DNA of 64,000 nt from Alphaproteobacteria bacterium (lineage in GTDB: Bacteria > Pseudomonadota > Alphaproteobacteria > RF32 > CAG-239). The notes under the pieces were generated by a model. It was not told the origin of the DNA. It saw only the letters and a program-made list of their open reading frames with translations, and did not search any database. The position numbers and the translations under genes are program-made. The stretch is taken from assembly GCA_028706255.1 (NCBI GenBank), contig JAQWBS010000001.1, positions 199,411-263,410 on the forward strand. Reading direction: 5' to 3'. The number at the start of each line of letters is the position of its first letter. Positions within the stretch are counted from its first letter, which is position 1. Below, piece after piece: positions 1 to 7,654 of this stretch.

Positions 1-1134
1 ATCTCTTTCAGCCCAAGAAATGCCTTTGATTCTGCTGAAATAACGTTTAAATTGAATTTTGGAAATTTGTCTGAGGCGAGCGACTTCTTCCTCACCCATC
101 ATATTATCACCAACATTGCACTGAGCAACAAAATCAAAGTCATTTTCGAGCTGTTTCACCGTTGCCACAAATTCAGCTTGTAAATTTTCTTTTGATTCTG
201 CATTTGCCAAACGTTTTTTAAGATATTCGATGTGTGCATCTCGACGAAGAATTTCAAAACGATTTCTGACCTCGTGAATTCGATTATTAATCGTTTCAAG
301 TTTTGTTGCCTTGTCAACGACATATTCAGGCGTTGTCAACTTTCCACAATCATGTAACCAAGAGGCAATATGCAAGGAATACCATTCTTCTGAACTCAAT
401 TCAAAATCTGCCAGAGGTCCACTTTCTTCTTGAACTGCTGCTGTTGCCAACATACGTGTAATAACTGGAACATGTTGACAGTGGTTGCCTGTGTAAGGTG
501 ATTTTGCATCAATCGCACGGGCAATCACTTCAATGAAAGATTCCAACAAATGACCATATGATTCTTTTAGGCGACGATTTTCAGAAATAATTGCTAAAAC
601 ATTACACAAAAAAGTGACAATTTTTTGAACTTCAATACTGAACGAAATATTTTTACCATTTGGATCTTTAGCATTAACAAACTGTGCCACCGCAATCACT
701 TCCATCTTTTTACTAATCAACGGAATGGTCAAAACGGAAGTGGTGAGATAATTATTATCCGTGTCATATTTCTCAAAAAAAGCATTATCAATGTCGCTCA
801 CAACATAAATATGGTCATAATTCAAAATTTCTCGATTAAGAATACTTCGTTCAACGGCACTTTTTTGAGATTTAGAACGTTGTTCATCAATGTTTACAAT
901 CGGCGTATAAGCTAAATTATCAATGCCATTTTTAAAAATTTTGAGGCTCAAATTACAACTATAATCCAAGCTCACATAGTTATTTGTGTCAATATTATAA
1001 AAAAAACAAGCATCAGCGCCAGAAACACGCAAGGCAATGTTCATAATTTTTTGCACGACGGTATTATATGGAGCTTCACTCACAATAATTTCTTGGAGTT
1101 CCAACATATCTGAATCGTTCAATAATTTTAACAT
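1..1134 (-). CDS. GAF-like sensor + HD-GYP-type phosphohydrolase (putative c-di-GMP phosphodiesterase); N-terminal 378 codons only, C-terminus lies beyond window start
   Basis: Absent from the ORF track because there is no stop inside the window. Manual reverse-strand translation from ATG (complement of 1132-1134) stays open to position 1: MLKLLNDSDMLELQEII... It contains AIDAKSPYTGNHCQHV and SWLHDCGKLTTPEYVVDKATKLETINNRIHEVRNRFEILRRD, which are HD and HDxGK signatures of HD-GYP proteins. GGAGG lies 4 nt upstream of the ATG. Confidence 0.75.
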   Translation of the reverse strand, partial: MLKLLNDSDMLELQEIIVSEAPYNTVVQKIMNIALRVSGADACFFYNIDTNNYVSLDYSCNLSLKIFKNGIDNLAYTPIVNIDEQRSKSQKSAVERSILNREILNYDHIYVVSDIDNAFFEKYDTDNNYLTTSVLTIPLISKKMEVIAVAQFVNAKDPNGKNISFSIEVQKIVTFLCNVLAIISENRRLKESYGHLLESFIEVIARAIDAKSPYTGNHCQHVPVITRMLATAAVQEESGPLADFELSSEEWYSLHIASWLHDCGKLTTPEYVVDKATKLETINNRIHEVRNRFEILRRDAHIEYLKKRLANAESKENLQAEFVATVKQLENDFDFVAQCNVGDNMMGEEEVARLRQISKIQFKRYFSRIKGISWAERD

Positions 1135-1149
1135 TAAGCCTCCAAGTTC

Positions 1150-2265
1150 CTAGCTAATTTTTGTAATTAAATATTCAATGTCACTGATATCTAATTTTTC
1201 ATTTAAAGTTTCGTGTGTCAAAATGCGTTCAATAACTCTCTTAGAAAAAGTATCCTTATTTTTTTTGCCAATATCAAAATTAAGCTCTTGAGCAATCTTC
1301 AATGAGGCAATTACAGGAACAAACATATTCGTTGGAATCTTTGCATCTCTCAATAGATTACGAATGATGAAATCGTCCTTTGTCGTGAATAAAACTTTTC
1401 TCACATCGTTAATTGGTTTGTTTGCCAAAAGACAAAGAGCATATTCAAAAAACTTCACATCCCCCAAGCAAATTGAACGAACAACCAGACTGCTCGAAAG
1501 CTTATTTAAGCGATAAAGCTGAGAAACAAAAAGCTCAATCTGACGATCAGAACTATATTCCTGAGAAATTTTCAAGGTCACTTTATCATGAACTTGCTCA
1601 ACAATATCTGAAACAATATTATCAGGAAGATTATGCTTAAAGAGTAACTTCTTTTGCAAGATTTCAGAAAGATTATTCAAAATTTTTTCAACGACTGGAA
1701 TTGGTAAAATTTCTCGATTAACAATTTTTTCTTTAATCCCTTCACTTGTTGTGTAACGATTAACAATTGTGTCGTAAGCTTTTTCTTCTATCTTAGCTGT
1801 TTTATTTTCCAAAAGAATTTCAACAACCCCTTCCGAAGAAACCTCTGCAATATGACTTGCAACCTCTGACGGAAGATTTTGACGCATTGCAACGGCTTTT
1901 TGTTTATTCTCATTTTGAAAATTGATAATATTTACTAAGTCATCTTTTGACAAAGCCTCATAATCACGAATAAACGGCACAGAAACAGTGTCTGTGTCTT
2001 GAACAATTTTAGCAATAATATCATGAGGAATATTTTTAGAACTTTTGATGGTATCAACTAGAACTTCTCTGACTTTAACTTCAAAGTCTCTAACCATGAT
2101 TCTGAAAATGTCTTCTGCAATTCTTTTTTCTTCTTCAGTGATTGTTTGCGTGTTATTATAGTAATAACCAATCTTTTTAATCGTCTCCGACTTTACGCCG
2201 ACAGACAATGTGTTTGCTAAAGTATCTATGTCTTTCCTAGTGAGACCAACTTCTTTCATCGACAC
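1150..2265 (-). CDS. DUF2336-like helical-repeat protein (alphaproteobacterial family of unknown function)
   Basis: 371-aa ORF. It has the repeated pattern D..V..P.....L...DLV.I... A...R..L...V...I.E typical of DUF2336 as I remember it. It ends 15 nt upstream of the HD-GYP gene on the same strand. Confidence 0.6.
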   Translation of the reverse strand: MSMKEVGLTRKDIDTLANTLSVGVKSETIKKIGYYYNNTQTITEEEKRIAEDIFRIMVRDFEVKVREVLVDTIKSSKNIPHDIIAKIVQDTDTVSVPFIRDYEALSKDDLVNIINFQNENKQKAVAMRQNLPSEVASHIAEVSSEGVVEILLENKTAKIEEKAYDTIVNRYTTSEGIKEKIVNREILPIPVVEKILNNLSEILQKKLLFKHNLPDNIVSDIVEQVHDKVTLKISQEYSSDRQIELFVSQLYRLNKLSSSLVVRSICLGDVKFFEYALCLLANKPINDVRKVLFTTKDDFIIRNLLRDAKIPTNMFVPVIASLKIAQELNFDIGKKNKDTFSKRVIERILTHETLNEKLDISDIEYLITKIS

Positions 2266-2384
2266 AATCCATATATAAATACGACATACAACAACAGTAC
2301 ATTATAGTATTATAGTACGAATCTATATCAAATTAGATTAACTTTTTGTTAAATTGAAAAAAGATTATAGATTAATGATAGATT

Positions 2385-2669
2385 TTATCTTCTTGTAAAT
2401 ATATCGTCAATATTTTGAGATTCAATACTTTCCGATAAATCTTCGACGAGAATATTATCAACCCTTGCCAAAGGAGGTCCAGAAAAACAAGCCGTTAGCA
2501 TTTTTTGCAACGCTTCTTCAGAGCCTTTTATAACTAGCTCAACATCTCCATTTTCCAAATTTCTGACAAAACCACCAAGCCCTAAGTGTGACGCATTTTT
2601 AACTGCCCAACCCCGAAACCAAACCCGTTGCACACGACCTTGAATCAGCAAACGATATATTTTTATCAT
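2385..2669 (-). CDS. acyP: acylphosphatase
   Basis: 94 aa. Carries IQGRVQRVWFRGWAVKNASHLGLGGFVRNLENGDVELV, the classic V.G.VQGV.FR / G.V.N acylphosphatase signature. Overlaps the upstream gene by 4 nt. Confidence 0.85.
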   Translation of the reverse strand: MIKIYRLLIQGRVQRVWFRGWAVKNASHLGLGGFVRNLENGDVELVIKGSEEALQKMLTACFSGPPLARVDNILVEDLSESIESQNIDDIFTRR

Positions 2670-3157
2670 TTTAAGAACTCAGCCAAAGCAGTCAATTCCT
2701 GCTTAATTTCCAAACGTCTTTCTTCTGCTTCCTCAACAATTCCCCAGCTTTCAGCCTGCCATAACTCTTCAATAAAAGAAGCTTCAAAGGCCTCTCTTGG
2801 TGAAATTTGTTTTTTCACAAATGCCATTGCTAATAAAGCTGAACGCAAAACCATGGTTGCCACATAAAAAACTGCCAAATCATTATCACCAAACGAGGAG
2901 ATAAATTTCTCAATATTTTGCTTTGTTTGAGGCTCTTGATTAGGAATATCAATGCTATTTGAATAATTAAACTTAACCAACAAAGTCTTTTCTAACCAAT
3001 CTAAAATTGGACGCCAAAGCTTTTCTTGTCTCAAAACAAGTTCTTTTTCTGTTCCCCAGAACATCAACACATCGGTCACCGAAAGGTCAACCAACTTACT
3101 GATAACTTCTTGGCAATTGCACTCAATAAAAGCTTTGGCTTGTGAAACTTTTTTCAA
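2666..3157 (-). CDS. ATP12-family F1-ATPase assembly chaperone (short form)
   Basis: 163 aa. The C-terminal two thirds resemble ATP12 (LAVFYVATMVLRSALLAMAFVKKQISPREAFEASFIEELWQAESWG). The N-terminal roughly 70 aa of typical family members are missing. Confidence 0.65.
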   Translation of the reverse strand: MKKVSQAKAFIECNCQEVISKLVDLSVTDVLMFWGTEKELVLRQEKLWRPILDWLEKTLLVKFNYSNSIDIPNQEPQTKQNIEKFISSFGDNDLAVFYVATMVLRSALLAMAFVKKQISPREAFEASFIEELWQAESWGIVEEAEERRLEIKQELTALAEFLK

Positions 3158-3172
3158 AAATTTCAGCTCCTC

Positions 3173-5395
3173 TTATTTTTGGTTAAACATATTCATCAGT
3201 TCATTAACGCCTTTCTCAACTTCTTTTGCAGCATCTGCTGGTGCATTTGAAGAAGACCCAACGCCCTTAAGTGCATTTTTAGTATCTTTTATTGTTGTTT
3301 TCAAGACTTTTCCTGCACCTTTTATGGTTGTTTTAACAGCTTTCTCTGTTCCTTGATAAACATCTTGTCCCGCAGCGGAAACCCCCGTTGGCGCGGCAAA
3401 ATGTTTTGAATATACGGTGTTCTGCAAAGCTGTGTAACAAGGCGCACTATTTGCATCTAATGCCACACTAGCTGCATAAACTGGTGCACCGAGAGCCATT
3501 CCAACAATTGCCTTTGCTGCTTGTTCTTCATTAAGCCCAACCGTAGGATTTTCAATTGTACCCCCAACTTTGATGAAAGAAGAAACTGCACGACTAATAT
3601 TCGCAACATCCGTAATGTTAGAGAAAGGTTTAATCGTGAAACCAATTTTCTCACTTCTCAAATTAACCGAACCATCAGCAGAAATCTTAAATTGGTTTGT
3701 GTCAACAGCAATTCCATTAGGGAAAGAAAGCTTGCCGTTTGTGATATCTGTTCTAACCACGGCACAATTTAATTCTGCCTTAGGATTTTTCTTAGTATTA
3801 ATTTTCAACATATTGAAAACTTCACCCACAACATTACCAGAGAAGAGGTCAAGTTGTCCCATATTAATCGTTGACTTATCAACGATAACAATTGCTTGTC
3901 CACTCAAATTATTCACAAGTTCTTGACTGCCACTTCCAAAAGCGTTGAAAGTAGCTTTCACTTCTGCTTTTCCACCATCAAGAATGGCAAAGTTTTTACC
4001 TGTTGTGTCATTAAATGGCTGATAAATTTTCTGCAACACTAAATTCTTACTATAAACATTTGCTGCAAGGGTTTTATTTTTACCATTCACTTTGAAATCT
4101 GCAGAAAGCATGCCATCGCCAAAATTTGTTCTAATCATATAAACATCTAGCACATGGTCTGTCAATTTGGCTTCCACATTCACGTCTCTGGTGCTCATAT
4201 CTTTATTAATGATGAGTTTTTTAATTTCCACATCAAGGTTTGCATTTGCTAAACCCAATAAATCATATGGAATTGGCACATTAGGCACAAGAGGTGTTGC
4301 ATAAGCCGAAGCAATAAGACTTGGCAAAACGAAACTCGTTTTTTCCTGTGGAAGTAAAGTTTCCAAATTAATCAAATCACTCAACAATCTAGCATTAACA
4401 TATGGCACTTTTCCTGAAATATCTGCCGTAATACTTCCATTCATTGCATTTCCTTCAACCACGAGGCTTTGAATGATCGCCTTAACCTTGTCTAGTCCAC
4501 CATCAATATTTGCCACTAAACTCGCTTGAGGTGCACCAAAATTTCCACGAGGATTCGTTGCTTGCACATTCACAATATAATGAATATTATTATTTAACGG
4601 ATTAATGATGCTTCCTTCAACCGTTGCAGCAACATTAAAAGCTTTCACATTAAGCATCACAGGATATGGCTCAAAAGACTCAAACAAGCTCTGAATTGAC
4701 CCGATGTTGGCATTTCCGACAATATCATTGCCATCAAAAATCACATCAAAGCTAATTTTCACATCATCTGTAGCACTCTTTGACGTCAAAGAGATTTCAT
4801 TTGCTTTAACTTCCATAACTGATTTTTTCTGATGATCTTCAAACTTAATCAACCCATTTTCAATCAGCACATTCTTCGCAAACACACTCTTAATGGCAAG
4901 CTCGTTCATCTCATTATCAATCTGCGCATCAATGGTTTCCACAGCTTGTGCATATTGCTTTTGAAACTCCATTCTTGCCTGCTGAGCAGCAAAATCCCAG
5001 TTTGCTACACCCGCTGCATTCACCTCTAAGAAAATTTCTGGTTTAATTAAAATAACACGATAAATTTCGACTTCTTTTTTCAAAAGCGGTAAGATTGAAA
5101 CTTGCACATCTAATCTTTCTAACTGCACCATATTCGGATTTTTTGACCAAGCCGCATTTGCAAATTCAACATTTTCAAGCTCTAAAGTTGGAATCAAAGA
5201 AATGCCTAGATTAGCATTGCCATTAATCACAAAACGTCTTCCTGTTTGTTCTTCAACAATCTTAGAAATAAGTGGCTTATATTTGTTCATATCAAAAAAG
5301 AAATGAACATAAATCACAAGCCCAGCAATTGCTAAAAACAAAACAATCAGAATTGTTAAGATAAGTTTTTTAATCAGACGTAATAATTTTCTCAC
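3173..5395 (-). CDS. AsmA-family outer-membrane biogenesis/lipid transport protein
   Basis: 740 aa. Has an N-terminal signal anchor followed by FFDMNKYKPLISKIVEEQTGRRFVINGNANLGISLIPTLELENVEF, the AsmA N-terminal pattern. The rest is a long beta-rich body. Confidence 0.8.
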   Translation of the reverse strand: MRKLLRLIKKLILTILIVLFLAIAGLVIYVHFFFDMNKYKPLISKIVEEQTGRRFVINGNANLGISLIPTLELENVEFANAAWSKNPNMVQLERLDVQVSILPLLKKEVEIYRVILIKPEIFLEVNAAGVANWDFAAQQARMEFQKQYAQAVETIDAQIDNEMNELAIKSVFAKNVLIENGLIKFEDHQKKSVMEVKANEISLTSKSATDDVKISFDVIFDGNDIVGNANIGSIQSLFESFEPYPVMLNVKAFNVAATVEGSIINPLNNNIHYIVNVQATNPRGNFGAPQASLVANIDGGLDKVKAIIQSLVVEGNAMNGSITADISGKVPYVNARLLSDLINLETLLPQEKTSFVLPSLIASAYATPLVPNVPIPYDLLGLANANLDVEIKKLIINKDMSTRDVNVEAKLTDHVLDVYMIRTNFGDGMLSADFKVNGKNKTLAANVYSKNLVLQKIYQPFNDTTGKNFAILDGGKAEVKATFNAFGSGSQELVNNLSGQAIVIVDKSTINMGQLDLFSGNVVGEVFNMLKINTKKNPKAELNCAVVRTDITNGKLSFPNGIAVDTNQFKISADGSVNLRSEKIGFTIKPFSNITDVANISRAVSSFIKVGGTIENPTVGLNEEQAAKAIVGMALGAPVYAASVALDANSAPCYTALQNTVYSKHFAAPTGVSAAGQDVYQGTEKAVKTTIKGAGKVLKTTIKDTKNALKGVGSSSNAPADAAKEVEKGVNELMNMFNQK

Positions 5396-5397
5396 GG

Positions 5398-6330
5398 CTA
5401 AATCCCTTTAAAATTAATTCCAACAGCGTCCAAACTTTCCATAAAATATTCAGGAAGTTCAGCTTCAATAATCTTCTTCTTACCATATATGCTTGATAAG
5501 TCGATTTTGTATGCGTGAAGATGAAGTTTTCTTGCAAAATTTTCATAATTTTGCCTTGTTTCTCCATAATATTTATCATCCCCAACAATCGGCGTCCCCA
5601 AATGCTCCAGATGAACCCTAATTTGATGTGTTCTTCCTGTCACCGGATTTGCTTCTATAAGAGAGAACTTATTTCCCACATTGTCAACTATCTTATAGTC
5701 AGTAATGGCTGTCTTTCCCTCAGTTGTAACTGCATTTTTATCGCCAACTTTATCAATTGGTGCATTGATTTGCCCTTCAGCTTTTTTAGGCTGTCCATAA
5801 ACAAGTGCCAAATATGTTTTCTGAATCGTATGTTCTCTAAAAGCCTTCGTTAAAATTTCAGCAAATTTACGGTTTCTTGCTAAAACTAACAACCCACTTG
5901 TTTCTTTATCAATGCGATGAACAAGCTTTGGACGTTCATCAAGTTCATACATCAAGGCGTCAAGCAAGCCATCAATGTGTTTTGTAATACCCCTTCCACC
6001 TTGAACAGCAATGCCTGAAGGCTTGTTCAAAATAAGAATATTATCATCTTTATAAATGACTAGCCTTTGCATAAAATCCGTGTCTTTTGGGGAAATCGGA
6101 CGATATCTTTCTTCGATATCCGTAACCGTAATTGGCGGAATACGAACTTCTTGCCCCTCGACAAGCTTCGTAGAAACTTCTGCTCGCTTGCCTTCAACTT
6201 TAATTTGTTTTGTTCTGAGCAATTTTTGCAAACGACTCATTGGCAAGTCGGGATAATATTTCAAAAACCAACGGTTCAAACGCATCCCATCATCAACGGC
6301 TTTCACTTTAACAATTTTAACTTCTGACAT
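5398..6330 (-). CDS. 23S rRNA pseudouridine synthase, RluA superfamily (RluC/RluD type) with N-terminal S4 domain
   Basis: 310 aa. Has an S4-like N-terminus and the catalytic motif HRIDKETSGLLVLA. GRTHQIRVH is also present. Confidence 0.85.
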   Translation of the reverse strand: MSEVKIVKVKAVDDGMRLNRWFLKYYPDLPMSRLQKLLRTKQIKVEGKRAEVSTKLVEGQEVRIPPITVTDIEERYRPISPKDTDFMQRLVIYKDDNILILNKPSGIAVQGGRGITKHIDGLLDALMYELDERPKLVHRIDKETSGLLVLARNRKFAEILTKAFREHTIQKTYLALVYGQPKKAEGQINAPIDKVGDKNAVTTEGKTAITDYKIVDNVGNKFSLIEANPVTGRTHQIRVHLEHLGTPIVGDDKYYGETRQNYENFARKLHLHAYKIDLSSIYGKKKIIEAELPEYFMESLDAVGINFKGI

Positions 6331-6341
6331 TTTTTTCTTCT

Positions 6342-7646
6342 CTATTTCTTTTTGTTTTTTTCACGACGCAAATTATCAAAATATTCAATGCGTTTTTTAA
6401 TTTCTCTTTCGAACCCTCGGTCAACAGGTTCATAAAGTTTTCTTCTGCCAACTTCTTCAGGAAAATAGTTCTGCCCTGAAAAACCATCTTCTAAATCTTG
6501 GTCATATTGGTAGCCTTCACCATAACCTAGCTCACTCATCATTTTAGTTGGGGCGTTCAAAATATGTTTCGGAGGCATAACCGAACCCGTGCGACGAGCA
6601 AGCTCTCGTGCCTTGTGCATTGCCTTATAAACCCCCGCAGACTTTGGAGCTGTTGCTAAATATGCAACAAGTTGCATAATGGCTAAATCTCCTTCTGGAG
6701 AGCCAATTCGTTCATAAGTTTGCCAGCAAGCAATTGCCTGTGTGACAGCATTCGGATCCGCCAAAGAAACATCTTCCACAGCAAAACGAGTCAACCGACG
6801 CAGAAGATATTTTGTGTCTTCTCCACCCTCCAACATTCTTGCCACCCAATAGAGAGCAGCATCAACATCTGAGCCTCTTAAAGATTTATGCACCGCAGAA
6901 ATCAGATTATAATGCCCGTCACGTCCTTTATCATAAACGGGGGCTCTTGAACGAACAATATTAATGATTGTTTCTTTATCAAAAATCTCATTCGGCTTCG
7001 CATATGCGTAAATACTTTCTGCCAAATTAAGCATATATCGACCATCACCATCAGCAAGTTCTTTAATGAACGCACGAGCTTCATCATCAATCGGAAGCTT
7101 AATGCCTGTTTCACTTTCCGCTCTTTGCAAGAGGGCTTCAAAATCATCAACATTTAGACGATTAAGGACAAAGACCTGACATCTTGAAAGCAACGCCGCA
7201 TTTAATTCAAAGGAAGGATTTTCCGTTGTTGCACCAACTAAAATAATTGTGCCATTTTCAACATATGGCAAAAAACCATCTTGTTGAGATTTATTGAATC
7301 TATGTATCTCATCAACAAAAAGCAACGTGCCCTGCCCCTGATTCGCACGCCTATCTTGAGCATATTGAAAAACTCTTTTAAGATCAGCAACACCTGAAAA
7401 AACAGCAGAAATTTGTTCAAAATAAAGATTTGTGTTTTCAGCAATCAAACGAGCAATCGTTGTTTTGCCACACCCTGGAGGTCCCCACAGGACAAATGAA
7501 GAAATTTTGCCAGAAGCAATCATTCTGCCCAAAGGTGCATTTTCACCAATCACATTTTCTTGCCCCACAACTTCTGACAAGCTTTGCGGACGCAATCTAT
7601 CGGCCAAAGGTCTTTTAACCTGCGATGAGAACAATGTTTCTTCCAT
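6342..7646 (-). CDS. rarA: replication-associated recombination protein A (AAA+ ATPase MgsA/RarA)
   Basis: 434 aa. Has P-loop GPPGCGKTT, Walker B LFVDEIHRFNK and the MgsA C-terminal domain (AMHKA..., YQYDQD). Confidence 0.92.
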   Translation of the reverse strand: MEETLFSSQVKRPLADRLRPQSLSEVVGQENVIGENAPLGRMIASGKISSFVLWGPPGCGKTTIARLIAENTNLYFEQISAVFSGVADLKRVFQYAQDRRANQGQGTLLFVDEIHRFNKSQQDGFLPYVENGTIILVGATTENPSFELNAALLSRCQVFVLNRLNVDDFEALLQRAESETGIKLPIDDEARAFIKELADGDGRYMLNLAESIYAYAKPNEIFDKETIINIVRSRAPVYDKGRDGHYNLISAVHKSLRGSDVDAALYWVARMLEGGEDTKYLLRRLTRFAVEDVSLADPNAVTQAIACWQTYERIGSPEGDLAIMQLVAYLATAPKSAGVYKAMHKARELARRTGSVMPPKHILNAPTKMMSELGYGEGYQYDQDLEDGFSGQNYFPEEVGRRKLYEPVDRGFEREIKKRIEYFDNLRREKNKKK

Positions 7647-7654
7647 AATTTCCT

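Noticed and set aside
625-915. 96-aa plus-strand ORF from the track.
   Set aside because: It lies entirely inside the minus-strand HD-GYP gene that runs off the window. Its composition is low-complexity and AT-codon rich, and it has no motif.
2281-2330. ACGACATACAACAACAGTACATT resembles the core of the palindromic repeat family.
   Set aside because: Only a partial match to the inner stem. It has no flanking T-run/A-run arms or outer stem, so it is probably chance similarity in AT-rich sequence.
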